Source: Candidatus Heimdallarchaeum endolithica (lineage in GTDB: Archaea > Asgardarchaeota > Heimdallarchaeia > Heimdallarchaeales > Heimdallarchaeaceae). Taken from it: DNA of 64,000 nt. Below, in pieces: positions 29,463-39,706 of the stretch (positions are counted from its first letter, which is position 1; every line of letters starts with the position of its first letter). The stretch lies in contig CP084167.1 in assembly GCA_021513715.1 (NCBI GenBank), forward strand, positions 2,592,001-2,656,000, read 5' to 3'. The translations under genes and the position numbers were made by a program. The notes under the pieces are model-generated. The model was not told the DNA's origin. It made no database searches and was given only the letters and a program-made list of their open reading frames with translations.

Positions 29463-31227
29463 CTAAATCTTCCTTTGTTATCTTTCTTTTACTTTCAAGT
29501 TTTAGAAGTGCAGTATTATATCTGCTTACCACGTCATTAAAAGTTATAAAACCAATTACTTTTTTATTATTTTTTAAAGAGACTACTGGCATACCTTCAA
29601 TATTGTTGTCTTTTAACTTTGCGATAACCTCTCTTAATGTGTCGCTGGGTTTAACAGTTATTACATTTTCAGTCATTACTTCATAAACAAATTTTTTGTT
29701 TGAAGAAAAACCTCTTGAAAAGTCTGAACTTGCTATAATCCCAACTAGATTATCTTCTTCATCAAAAACAGAAATAGCTGATACTTTGTGTAAATATAAT
29801 AATGAAATAGTATTTTTGAGTAAGTCATTTTTCTTTACTTTAGGGAAAATAGTATCCATTGCTTCTGAAACTCTTATTCCTTCTAAGATGTCTGTATTGC
29901 TTATTTTTTTCCTCAATATGACTTCTTTACTTTGTACCTGACCAGAATACAAACTGAAATCCATAGAAACTACAAAAGCAGCTGCGTTTGATAGAATAAT
30001 TGGAATTACGAGTGAAGGAAAACCTAACATTTCTAGAACAATAAGCATGGATGCAATTGGAGTTTTTGTAGTGGCAGCATGCATTGCAGACATTCCTACT
30101 ATGATAAATACAATATAGTTAACTCCAGGAAAGACTTTAGAATAAACAGCTCCTAATACAGCCCCTGTCACAAGAGATGGCCCCATTACTCCCCCAGAAG
30201 CACCCATTCCTACACATGTAGAAGTAACAATAATTTTTCCAAGAAAAAGTAAAAGTAAAATGGAAAAACCTATATTTTCTCCATTTTCTAAAAGAAAGTT
30301 TATCGCTTGGAAACCTGTTCCTTGTAAAGATAGACCTTCAGGTAACCCTAAACTAAATAAAAAAACAATAAGAGCTGTAATTGTCATCCCGATGAAAGGG
30401 AGAATATACGACCACTTTATGTATTTATTTACCAAACTTGTTAGTGATTTGTATAGTAATGAAAAACCAATTCCTGATACTCCTGAAATGGCACCTAGTA
30501 ATAAAAATAATAGTGAATTAATTATAGATAGCTGTACAGGGGCAGTTTCTATCTCTAAATAAACTGGATGGGAGTTCAGTGCGGTTAAAATTGCCATAGA
30601 AACTAGAAGAGAAATCGCACTTCCTAGAAGTGCTGGGAGAAATACAGTTTCATCAAGATCATGTTTGTATGGGACTTCAGAAGCAAAAACTGTTCCACCT
30701 AATGGAGAACGAAAAACTGCTGCAGTACATGCTGCAGCTCCAATTGTTATTGCGTGAGTAGCCTCATCTTGGCTGAAATTCATCTTATCGCCTAAAGAAT
30801 AAGCCATTGCAGCTCCTATTGTGACAGATGGCCCTTCTCTTCCTGCTGGAGCATTAACACCTAAAGTAAGAAAACTTGCTATAAACTTTGACCAAATAAC
30901 TCGCATCGGGATTTTCTTTCCAGTGTTTTTATGTTCTAAAATATAGGAAATTCCAGCTCCTCGTACTTCATCAAATCCAAAATAAAGAAAAAGAGAAATT
31001 AAAGCACCAGTTAAGGGAAAAGAAATCAATATAGAAATTTGAGACAACCACTTTTGGGTATTAACTACAAGAGCTGCAAATAAACCCATTATAACCCCAC
31101 TCATAATACCTGTAATGATCGCAAAAGGAAACCATTTTTTACTGTATTTCCAATATTTGATAAAAACCTCTTTAAAATACCTAAAAAATCGTTTTTTTCC
31201 TTTGTTTTTAATTGTCTTTTTTTTCAC
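29452..31227 (-). CDS. CLC family chloride channel/transporter with CBS pair
   Basis: 'GREGP', 'FRSPLGG', 'GGVMGP', C-terminal CBS domains. Confidence 0.9.
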   Translation of the reverse strand: MKKKTIKNKGKKRFFRYFKEVFIKYWKYSKKWFPFAIITGIMSGVIMGLFAALVVNTQKWLSQISILISFPLTGALISLFLYFGFDEVRGAGISYILEHKNTGKKIPMRVIWSKFIASFLTLGVNAPAGREGPSVTIGAAMAYSLGDKMNFSQDEATHAITIGAAACTAAVFRSPLGGTVFASEVPYKHDLDETVFLPALLGSAISLLVSMAILTALNSHPVYLEIETAPVQLSIINSLLFLLLGAISGVSGIGFSLLYKSLTSLVNKYIKWSYILPFIGMTITALIVFLFSLGLPEGLSLQGTGFQAINFLLENGENIGFSILLLLFLGKIIVTSTCVGMGASGGVMGPSLVTGAVLGAVYSKVFPGVNYIVFIIVGMSAMHAATTKTPIASMLIVLEMLGFPSLVIPIILSNAAAFVVSMDFSLYSGQVQSKEVILRKKISNTDILEGIRVSEAMDTIFPKVKKNDLLKNTISLLYLHKVSAISVFDEEDNLVGIIASSDFSRGFSSNKKFVYEVMTENVITVKPSDTLREVIAKLKDNNIEGMPVVSLKNNKKVIGFITFNDVVSRYNTALLKLESKRKITKEDLDDF

Positions 31228-31279
31228 ATTTCTAACTTGAAAAGAACTCTTTTATCTTTTTCTCCTTTTTTTACTTGGA

Positions 31280-32289
31280 TGTATACTCAACTCACATTGG
31301 TAACAAATAAATAGAAGTGGGTTACGTGGGTAAGTGATATATTATGAACAAACCCGAACGTAACCTGGAGAAACTAAGAAAGATTGTGGTTAAAAAAGCT
31401 TTGGAAGGAGAGAAGATAAAAGAGGTAGCTCACAAGTATATGGTGAGTAGGAAGTTTGTGTATAAGTGGTTGAAGAGGTTCAGAGAGAACCCTGAAGGAG
31501 TATGGTGGAAAGATAGATCTTCCAGACCAAAAACTATACACAGGAAAGTAGATGAGGAGTTAAAAGAGAGGATAAGGGAGTTAAGAATAAAACAAGGAAT
31601 GAATGTGGAGAAGATAGCTTATTTGTTGAAGAGAGAAGGAAAAGCACTCTCTCAGACGACAGTGACGAAAGTAATAAAAGAGTTAGGTCTTCCTTTATGG
31701 GTTAATAGAAAAAAGAGGAAAAGACCTCGATACAAGAGTTTTGAACGTCAAAAACCTAACGAACTCTGGCAAATAGATGTGAAAGGACCATTCTGGGTAG
31801 AAGAACAGGGACAACATCTCCATCTCATAACCTTGATAGACGACCACTCACGATTCTGTCTGGGAGCTAAATTCCACCCTTTTGCACCAAAAAAAGAGCA
31901 GATAATAAGTTTGCTAGAGGAAGCAATAAAAGAGTACGGTTACCCCGAGTCTATACTTACTGACAATGGAGCACTCTTCTCTTCCGTTAGAGGAGGAACA
32001 AGTACCTTCTCCCGTTGGTGTCAAACAGAAGGAATAAAACACATCAGAGCTAGAGTTTTTCACCCCGAAACATGTGGAAAAGTAGAAAGACTACATGGGA
32101 CAATCATCCGTGAGATGGAAAGATTAGGTCTAAAATACTGCAACGCAGATCTCTCCTACTACCGCTCTTACTACAATTTTAGTCGTCCTCACCAATCTCT
32201 TAACTTCCTCACCCCAGGAGAAAGATTTATGAATCACCCCTATGTTTCTCTAGTACCCAAAAGTGTAACCCAAGTCTATTGAGTAAACA
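31280..32289 (+). mobile_element. IS481-like insertion sequence, copy 1 (1010 bp)
   Basis: Ends TGTATACTCAA...TTGAGTAAACA; 16-bp direct repeat CCTTTTTTTACTTGGA at 31264-31279 and 32290-32305. Confidence 0.95.
31344..32282 (+). CDS. IS481-family DDE transposase
   Basis: N-terminal HTH, 'WQIDVK', 'IDDHSR', 'LTDNG', 'GKVERLH', 'YNFSRPHQSL'; stop codon lies inside the right terminal repeat. Confidence 0.93.
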   Translation: MNKPERNLEKLRKIVVKKALEGEKIKEVAHKYMVSRKFVYKWLKRFRENPEGVWWKDRSSRPKTIHRKVDEELKERIRELRIKQGMNVEKIAYLLKREGKALSQTTVTKVIKELGLPLWVNRKKRKRPRYKSFERQKPNELWQIDVKGPFWVEEQGQHLHLITLIDDHSRFCLGAKFHPFAPKKEQIISLLEEAIKEYGYPESILTDNGALFSSVRGGTSTFSRWCQTEGIKHIRARVFHPETCGKVERLHGTIIREMERLGLKYCNADLSYYRSYYNFSRPHQSLNFLTPGERFMNHPYVSLVPKSVTQVY

Positions 32290-32450
32290 CCTTTTTTTAC
32301 TTGGAAAATATTCTTTTTAGATTCCTTGGTTGGGAAAACAAATCTAAAATTGATAAACTATTGTTATAAGTATTTAATTATATATAACGATTGATAGTTA
32401 TCTAAAATTTAATATATTTACTTAAAATCCAAAGAGATAGGGGATTAACG

Positions 32451-34223
32451 ATGAAATTACGAGTACCAGCTATAAATTTTAAGTTACCAAGTTATACAAA
32501 AAAATGGTTATTATTGGATGGATTAGGAATAGTTATAGGTATTATTGGAGGATTAGGAGCAGTATTCTTTCGTTTTATCTTAAAATATATTAAAATTCTT
32601 TTTTTTGATATTCTACTTCCATTAATTACGATAAATGTTGGTGGATTTAATATAGGTTATATGTTTCTTCCAATAATTGGAGCTTTAATTGTAGGGCCTG
32701 TTGTTATGTTTTTTGCTCCTGAAACTAAAGGGCATGGTGTCCCTGAAGTTATGGAATCTGTAGCATTAAAAGGAGGAGAAATAAGAAAAAGAGTGGCTTT
32801 TTTAAAAGTAGCTGTATCTTCAATAACTATTGGATCTGGAGGCAGTGCAGGAAGAGAAGGACCAATAGCACAAATTGGTGCAACACTTGGTTCATTTTTC
32901 GGAGGACTATTCAAACTTGACCCTCAACATAAAAAGCTAATGGTTGTATGCGGTCTGTCTGCAGGTATAGCTGGGACATTTAATGCACCACTTGGAGGAG
33001 CATTATTTGGAATGGAGGTGTTGCTAAGAGGAATAGGATTATTCAACGCAATGCCTGTTATTTTATCTTCAGTAGTTTCTGTAGGAGTAGCATCAGTACT
33101 AATTCCGATAGCTTTGGGAGAAGAAGTAGGCCCTGCTTTTATTATTGATGTGGCAACATCATGGAATCCTGCAGAACTACCTTTGTATATTATTCTAGGG
33201 GTAGTATTTGGATTATTGTCAATATTATGGGTAAAAGGATTTTATCTAATAGAAGATGTTTTTGATAAACTAAAAATTTATCCCCATCTTAAACCTGCAA
33301 TTGGAGCCTTTTTTACAGGGTTAGCAATAGTTTTCTTTCCAACTTATGGTATTGCTGGGGTTGGCTATGAAGGAATAGAACTCGCTCTTGTTGGAGAGAT
33401 AACTTTGGGTTTATTAATAGCTCTAGGCTTTCTTAAAATTCTGGCAACTGGTTTCTCTATTGGGTCAGGAGGAAGTGGAGGTATTTTTGCTCCTAGCTTG
33501 TATATAGGCGCAATGTTTGGGACTGCAATAGGTATGATTTTTAAAATAGTTTTTCCAGGAACTGTTTCTAATTGGACAACTTATTCATTGGCAGGTATGG
33601 GTGCTTTATTTGCAGGAGCAGCGCAAGCTCCAATAAATGTAATAATAATGATTCCAGAAATGACCAATGATTATTTATTGATCCCGCCCATAGCCATTGC
33701 TTCCTTCATTAGTTTTTTCATAAATTGGATATTTATGAAAGGAACTTCAATTTATACAATAAAACTAGAAAGAAGAGGCGTTAAAATAAGAATGGGAACC
33801 CCATTCATTTTGGAATTGGTGAAAAACGAAGAAATAATGACAAAAGACGTGGTTACTCTCCAAGAGAAATTCCCTGTTTCAATCCTAGAATTGTATTTTG
33901 AAGAGCATCAACATCATGGCTATCCAGTGTTAAATGAAGAAAAGAAACTTGTAGGAATTGTGACTTTAGGAGATTTGCAAAAGATAGATGAGGACGAAAG
34001 AAAAAACAAAATCATTGGAGATATCTGTTCAAGAGAACTTGTGACTGTTAAGGCAGAAGAAACAGTCTCTGAAGCTTTGAAAAAGATGAATGAGTTTGAT
34101 ATTGGGCGGGTAATTGTTGTGGATAGTGAAGACCCCAATAAAATAAAGGGAATAGTTACAAGAACAGATATTATAAATGCTTATCGTATCGCTTCACAAA
34201 ATCCAGCATTATCTACACTTTAG
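32451..34223 (+). CDS. CLC family chloride channel/transporter with CBS pair
   Basis: 'GHGVPEV', 'GREGP', 'FNAPLGG', 'GGIFAP', 'SIYTIKL', CBS domains. Confidence 0.93.
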   Translation: MKLRVPAINFKLPSYTKKWLLLDGLGIVIGIIGGLGAVFFRFILKYIKILFFDILLPLITINVGGFNIGYMFLPIIGALIVGPVVMFFAPETKGHGVPEVMESVALKGGEIRKRVAFLKVAVSSITIGSGGSAGREGPIAQIGATLGSFFGGLFKLDPQHKKLMVVCGLSAGIAGTFNAPLGGALFGMEVLLRGIGLFNAMPVILSSVVSVGVASVLIPIALGEEVGPAFIIDVATSWNPAELPLYIILGVVFGLLSILWVKGFYLIEDVFDKLKIYPHLKPAIGAFFTGLAIVFFPTYGIAGVGYEGIELALVGEITLGLLIALGFLKILATGFSIGSGGSGGIFAPSLYIGAMFGTAIGMIFKIVFPGTVSNWTTYSLAGMGALFAGAAQAPINVIIMIPEMTNDYLLIPPIAIASFISFFINWIFMKGTSIYTIKLERRGVKIRMGTPFILELVKNEEIMTKDVVTLQEKFPVSILELYFEEHQHHGYPVLNEEKKLVGIVTLGDLQKIDEDERKNKIIGDICSRELVTVKAEETVSEALKKMNEFDIGRVIVVDSEDPNKIKGIVTRTDIINAYRIASQNPALSTL

Positions 34224-34297
34224 TATCTTTTTTTCTTTTTTTTCTCCTTGAAAAAACATAATCTTGAAAAGGTAAGAAAAGAAAAGAATAATAAACA

Positions 34298-36457
34298 ATG
34301 CAGAATAAGAAAAAAACTTTCTATAGTTTAGTGTTTGTTGGAATTATATATACAACTATGTTCTTACATTTATTTGTTATTAACTCTCCAAAAGTTGTTG
34401 CAAATAATCCCATAAATATAGGTGAAGATCATATTAAACTAATAAAACAAGGTTACACAGAGGATTTTGATAGAGAAATAAGTTTGTCAGATTTTCTTAC
34501 CTATTCAATCGAACCTTTTGTTCTTGATTTTGACAAGGATCAATCTTTTGAAATTTTCATTGTTTCAAATCGTTATAATGAAACAGAAGGAAATAAACTA
34601 TTTTTACTAAAGGATTCTAGTATCATGCCAAACTGGCCAATACAGCTAGAGGTGGATATTGAGGATATAGTATGTCAAGAAAGTTATAACGATGAACAAA
34701 TTGTAATAGTGAGGGCTAAAAACAAAAATAGTGCCAACCAAACCTTCTTCTATGGAATTAATAAAAATGGAGAAGTTATTAGTTCTTTTACCAAAGTAGT
34801 AGAAGAAACATTTAGTGGCGATACTTTATTTGGGGATGTTGATGAAGATGGTCAAAATGAATTTATAATACATAATAAGAATCAAGTTTTTATTTATGAA
34901 AATGATTTCACATTAAAGGAAAATTGGCCAAAGGAAACAAATGAAACAATTTTTTCCGAAATTGTTGTAGATGATGTAAATTTAGATGGAAGAAAAGATA
35001 TTTTAGCCTTAACAGAGCAAGGCTTAATTTTTGTGTGGGATTGGAATGGAACATTACTACGTAATTTTCCTAAAAAGATTGATATTCTATATTATAAAAG
35101 TGGTGAAGGATTTAGGGTTATGCCGGTAGTAACAGATAGTAACAATGATGGAATTGTGGAGATTTTCGCTTCATCAACCTTTGGTTATCTCTACTGTCTA
35201 GAACTATCTGAAGGAAAAACAAGTACATATTATCAAAAATTACCAAATGCTATCTATAGCTTAAATCAGGCTACTGCCAGTGATATTAACAAAGATGGGT
35301 TATTAGATATTATACAACCTTTCTCTGATGGTTTCTCTATTTTTAACTTTGATGGAATTTTGGAAGTCAAAGCAAAAGTAGAAGGTTCATATTCTTTTAC
35401 AGGAGCTCCAGTGCTAGCTGATATAAATCAAGATAATATTTTGGAGTTAATTTTTGTTTCTGACTATCGTTTACTAGTTTTCAATTACACAGGTTTTGAA
35501 ATTCAAAATTATGAAAAAACAATTCCCTATGCTTATAACAATGGAATTTCTCCTATTGTATTTGATAGTGATAGTGATAGTGAGATAGAGATAGTCTATT
35601 TAAATAATTACGGAAAAATAAAAATTTTTGAGACAAATGATTTTGGGTTATTCCCTTGGTTGTTTAAGTATTCTTCTCCTCTACATTCAGTTAATAATGA
35701 CTATGATGGCGATGGATTGTTGGATCGTGAAGAAAAAGTAGTAGGTAGTGACCTCTTAAACTTTGATAGTGATTCTGATACAGTTTGTGATGGGGACGAA
35801 GTTAATCAGTACGTAATGAATCCTGTTATTGTTGATTTATCTTTAGATACTGATGAGGACAATTTGACAAATATAGAAGAGGTAGATATTTACTTAACAA
35901 ATCCATTAAATCCTGACAGTGATTTTGACTCATTAACAGATGGAGAAGAAGTACTCATTCACTTTACAAATCCACTATCTGCTGATTCCGATGAAGATGG
36001 CTTACCTGATTCTTTTGAGGTAGAATATACTTTTTTGGATCCAAATAATGATGATGACTCCAAATTAGATTATGATGAAGATGGTTTATCAAATTTAGAA
36101 GAATATCTTTATGGAACAGATCCAAGTAACCCTGATACAGATTCCGATAGTCTTCTTGATGGAGATGAAATTTATAGGTACTTTACGAATCCTATCGTTT
36201 CTGATGCTGATGCAGACTATGATGGAGATGGTTTGACAAATGTTGAAGAAGTGGATATCTATCATACTGATCCATCTTCAACAGATAGTGATGGTGATGG
36301 ATTCAGTGACGGAGAAGAAGTTGAAAAAGGTTCAGATCCTAATAATTCGCAAAGTATTCCTAAAACATCAAAGATCAGTTTTGCATTGTTTTCTGCATTA
36401 ATTTCACTATTTTCTATTGTTTTTTTGTTTACTTTAACAAAAAGGCTAAAGATTTAG
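34298..36457 (+). CDS. Surface protein with FG-GAP-like repeats and thrombospondin type 3-like Ca-binding repeats
   Basis: Repeated 'DVDEDG/DVNLDG/DINKDG', then 'DxDxDGLxDxEE...TDP' repeats; N- and C-terminal hydrophobic helices. Confidence 0.8.
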   Translation: MQNKKKTFYSLVFVGIIYTTMFLHLFVINSPKVVANNPINIGEDHIKLIKQGYTEDFDREISLSDFLTYSIEPFVLDFDKDQSFEIFIVSNRYNETEGNKLFLLKDSSIMPNWPIQLEVDIEDIVCQESYNDEQIVIVRAKNKNSANQTFFYGINKNGEVISSFTKVVEETFSGDTLFGDVDEDGQNEFIIHNKNQVFIYENDFTLKENWPKETNETIFSEIVVDDVNLDGRKDILALTEQGLIFVWDWNGTLLRNFPKKIDILYYKSGEGFRVMPVVTDSNNDGIVEIFASSTFGYLYCLELSEGKTSTYYQKLPNAIYSLNQATASDINKDGLLDIIQPFSDGFSIFNFDGILEVKAKVEGSYSFTGAPVLADINQDNILELIFVSDYRLLVFNYTGFEIQNYEKTIPYAYNNGISPIVFDSDSDSEIEIVYLNNYGKIKIFETNDFGLFPWLFKYSSPLHSVNNDYDGDGLLDREEKVVGSDLLNFDSDSDTVCDGDEVNQYVMNPVIVDLSLDTDEDNLTNIEEVDIYLTNPLNPDSDFDSLTDGEEVLIHFTNPLSADSDEDGLPDSFEVEYTFLDPNNDDDSKLDYDEDGLSNLEEYLYGTDPSNPDTDSDSLLDGDEIYRYFTNPIVSDADADYDGDGLTNVEEVDIYHTDPSSTDSDGDGFSDGEEVEKGSDPNNSQSIPKTSKISFALFSALISLFSIVFLFTLTKRLKI

Positions 36458-36467
36458 AAAAACACGC

Positions 36468-36950
36468 TTAAAATTTCCAACTATAGGTAGCTCCTTGTCT
36501 ATCATCTTCACAAACTGAAACTTTCAAACTCTTGATATGTTCTTCGTTGAATTTTTGTTCTTTTTTCAATATTTCTGTGAAGTATCTGCTAAGTTCTTCA
36601 ACAGTAGTATTCTCAATAGGTAAAATTTTAACATCTTCTTTTGGCATTTCGTATTCTTTGTTTAATCTAGGAATTTTAACAATAACTTGTTTATCTGTTT
36701 CAGTAATTTCTAGATGCTTATTATACTTTGGTAAAATAAGATGATGATCAAGTGAATCAACAAGAGGTTGAACTATTTTTTTAATATCGTAAAAATTTAC
36801 CACCATATTGTCTTTAGATTGTTGTCCTACAACATTTACTTGGACAGTATAATTGTGACCATGCAATTTTTCAAAAAAGCTTTCTCCAATAACAATATGA
36901 GAGCAAGAAAATATGAAATACTCTTTGGATAAGAACAAATCATAGCTCAT
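36468..36950 (-). CDS. 6-pyruvoyl-tetrahydropterin synthase superfamily protein (PTPS-III-type ExxHGH motif)
   Basis: 'FSCSH', 'EKLHGHNY', 'LDH', 'TTVEELS'. Confidence 0.85.
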   Translation of the reverse strand: MSYDLFLSKEYFIFSCSHIVIGESFFEKLHGHNYTVQVNVVGQQSKDNMVVNFYDIKKIVQPLVDSLDHHLILPKYNKHLEITETDKQVIVKIPRLNKEYEMPKEDVKILPIENTTVEELSRYFTEILKKEQKFNEEHIKSLKVSVCEDDRQGATYSWKF

Positions 36951-37031
36951 TTTGATGAAAATATCTTCCTATTAATTGAATTTTGCTATTGAATACTTTA
37001 TTACCTTTTTGAATAGAAATTTTGTTGTTTT

Positions 37032-37973
37032 TTATATTTCTGCGGAAGATAATATTATATTTTCAAGTTCTTGAATTTCTAAGTCTATGTCAACTAAAAA
37101 AACTAAAAATTCAGACATTATTGATGCTAGTTCATTTCTTAATTCTTTTCCAAGTTTAATTAGTTCTTCAACAGAAGAAACATCATCCAAACCCCAAGAA
37201 AGAACATCACACAACCTTCCAAGTTGTTCGTCAGGTATTCTTTCTTCATCTTTCGCTTTGTTATTTGTGTTGATTTGAGAAAGAATTTTTTCTGCAGTGT
37301 TAATCTCATCTTCAAAAACCGTGGATAAGGGATTAATGCTCATATCTAACAGCTCACGTAAAATCATTTGAGCTTTATCTCCAAGTTCTGCGGCTTGGAA
37401 AGAAAGATCTGTTATTTCTTCAACTTGCTCTTTTTGAAGTTGTACAATTTCATCTGGTTCTGTAAAAAACTTCTGAATATATTCTCTGTTTTTTTCGTTA
37501 ACTAAAGATATTTGCTGCCTAAAACTAGCTGATTCTTCAGTCTCTGATGAGAGGAGATAATATATTTCTTGCCATTTATTGTTTAATTTTTCTTTAATTA
37601 AAAACAAGTCTTTTGCTTTTTCCAAAACGTTAATAATTTTCTCAACAATTGCCTCTTTTTCAATCAATCCTTTTGTGCGAGCTCGAGAAACTTCTTCATC
37701 AAATTCTCTAGAAACACTTTCATTTACTCTGAGATTATCTATAAGAGAACTTTGATAATATGTTCGCGCTAGAGAAGCCATGAGTGAAAGTAGTGAAGAA
37801 CGCAAAGAGAAAAGTGATCCTTCATCTGAACTCAAAAAAATATCTATGTACTCAAACAAAGAACCCATTTTTTTGTAAAGCTTACGAATAGGTCTATAGT
37901 TTAAATTATCTAGAAATTTACCTAATAAGGTCTGTCTCTCCAGAACGGTATCAGTATAATTATGCATTGTCAT
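37032..37973 (-). CDS. Alpha-helical/coiled-coil hypothetical protein
   Basis: 313 aa, E/L/K-rich, no recognisable motif. Confidence 0.65.
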   Translation of the reverse strand: MTMHNYTDTVLERQTLLGKFLDNLNYRPIRKLYKKMGSLFEYIDIFLSSDEGSLFSLRSSLLSLMASLARTYYQSSLIDNLRVNESVSREFDEEVSRARTKGLIEKEAIVEKIINVLEKAKDLFLIKEKLNNKWQEIYYLLSSETEESASFRQQISLVNEKNREYIQKFFTEPDEIVQLQKEQVEEITDLSFQAAELGDKAQMILRELLDMSINPLSTVFEDEINTAEKILSQINTNNKAKDEERIPDEQLGRLCDVLSWGLDDVSSVEELIKLGKELRNELASIMSEFLVFLVDIDLEIQELENIILSSAEI

Positions 37974-38059
37974 GAGTCCCCAGAAACAATTTTCTCCAGT
38001 AGAAGATAATACCTAAGTAGTCTAATATATTATTTTCCTTATTGCAAGTCACTTGATTG

Positions 38060-39069
38060 TGTTTACTCAATAGACTTGGGTTACACTTTTGGGTACTAGA
38101 GAAACATAGGGGTGATTCATAAATCTTTCTCCTGGGGTGAGGAAGTTAAGAGATTGGTGAGGACGACTAAAATTGTAGTAAGAGCGGTAGTAGGAGAGAT
38201 CTGCGTTGCAGTATTTTAGACCTAATCTTTCCATCTCACGGATGATTGTCCCATGTAGTCTTTCTACTTTTCCACATGTTTCGGGGTGAAAAACTCTAGC
38301 TCTGATGTGTTTTATTCCTTCTGTTTGACACCAACGGGAGAAGGTACTTGTTCCTCCTCTAACGGAAGAGAAGAGTGCTCCATTGTCCGTGAGGATAGAC
38401 TCGGGGTAACCGTACTCTTTTATTGCTTCCTCTAGCAAACTTATTATCTGCTCTTTTTTTGGTGCAAAAGGGTGGAATTCAGCTCCCAGACAGAATCGTG
38501 AGTGGTCGTCTATCAAGGTTATGAGATGGAGATGTTGTCCCTGTTCTTCTACCCAGAATGGTCCTTTCACATCTATTTGCCAGAGTTCGTTAGGTTTTTG
38601 ACGTTCAAAACTCTTGTATCGAGGTCTTTTCCTCTTTTTTCTATTAACCCATAAAGGAAGACCTAACTCTTTTATTACTTTCGTCACTGTCGTCTGAGAG
38701 AGTGCTTTTCCTTCTCTCTTCAACAAATAAGCTATCTTCTCCACATTCATTCCTTGTTTTATTCTTAACTCCCTTATCCTCTCTTTTAACTCCTCATCTA
38801 CTTTCCTGTGTATAGTTTTTGGTCTGGAAGATCTATCTTTCCACCATACTCCTTCAGGGTTCTCTCTGAACCTCTTCAACCACTTATACACAAACTTCCT
38901 ACTCACCATATACTTGTGAGCTACCTCTTTTATCTTCTCTCCTTCCAAAGCTTTTTTAACCACAATCTTTCTTAGTTTCTCCAGGTTACGTTCGGGTTTG
39001 TTCATAATATATCACTTACCCACGTAACCCACTTCTATTTATTTGTTACCAATGTGAGTTGAGTATACA
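38060..39069 (-). mobile_element. IS481-like insertion sequence, copy 2 (1010 bp)
   Basis: Near-identical to copy 1, inverted; 16-bp direct repeat GCAAGTCACTTGATTG at 38044-38059 and 39070-39085. Confidence 0.95.
38067..39005 (-). CDS. IS481-family DDE transposase
   Basis: 312 aa; differs from copy 1 by one residue (LGAKF vs LGAEF). Confidence 0.93.
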   Translation of the reverse strand: MNKPERNLEKLRKIVVKKALEGEKIKEVAHKYMVSRKFVYKWLKRFRENPEGVWWKDRSSRPKTIHRKVDEELKERIRELRIKQGMNVEKIAYLLKREGKALSQTTVTKVIKELGLPLWVNRKKRKRPRYKSFERQKPNELWQIDVKGPFWVEEQGQHLHLITLIDDHSRFCLGAEFHPFAPKKEQIISLLEEAIKEYGYPESILTDNGALFSSVRGGTSTFSRWCQTEGIKHIRARVFHPETCGKVERLHGTIIREMERLGLKYCNADLSYYRSYYNFSRPHQSLNFLTPGERFMNHPYVSLVPKSVTQVY

Positions 39070-39134
39070 GCAAGTCACTTGATTGTAAAAAGTTTATATA
39101 CCTTAAAGAGAAAAAAAACTTTTAAAAAAATAAA

Positions 39135-39671
39135 CTAAAGTAGTTTTTTTGATTTTGCTACATACCAACCTAAAATCGTAGCTCCGTGAATAATCTTGTT
39201 ATTCTGTATTAATTCTTCAACTTCCGTTTTTGAAAATTCTAAAACATCTATAAATTCATCTTCGTCTAGATTTTGTTTACCCTCTTTTTCTACAATAGCA
39301 AAATAAAGATGTCCCCAACTACTACTGAAAGCAACAGGATGCCAAGTTAGTAAAGATTCAATAGAAACTACTTTGTAACCAGTTTCTTCCCTTACTTCTC
39401 TTTTTGCAGAGCGAATTGGGTCTTCTTCTGGCTCTATAAGCCCTGCAGGAATCTCAATACTCATACTAGTCCAAGGGTATCTGTACTGTTTTATCATAAT
39501 TAAGTTTTTATCCTTCGTCATGCATACAGTGGCAGTGAAGTTTTTACTTTCAACAACAGAAAATTCTACTTCTTTGCCTTTTGGATTCTGTACTTTATCA
39601 TTTCTTACCTTGAGATAATTATTCGAATAAACTTCATTTTTATTTATGCATATCCAGTTGCTTATGTCCAT
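39135..39671 (-). CDS. Nudix hydrolase (ADP-ribose pyrophosphatase-like)
   Basis: Nudix box 'GLIEPEEDPIRSAKREVREETG', 'QYRYP', 'LDEDEFI'. Confidence 0.9.
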   Translation of the reverse strand: MDISNWICINKNEVYSNNYLKVRNDKVQNPKGKEVEFSVVESKNFTATVCMTKDKNLIMIKQYRYPWTSMSIEIPAGLIEPEEDPIRSAKREVREETGYKVVSIESLLTWHPVAFSSSWGHLYFAIVEKEGKQNLDEDEFIDVLEFSKTEVEELIQNNKIIHGATILGWYVAKSKKLL

Positions 39672-39706
39672 GAGATACTTTTTTACTTAAAAAATTAAAT
39701 TTTTAG

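Noticed and set aside
35690-36350. Repetitive GAT-rich DNA as a CRISPR or DNA repeat array
   Set aside because: The repetition is at protein level (DxDxDG Ca-binding repeats) with degenerate codons.
36468-36950. queD gene symbol
   Set aside because: The catalytic Cys motif CxxxHGH is replaced by ExxHGH and no que genes are nearby.
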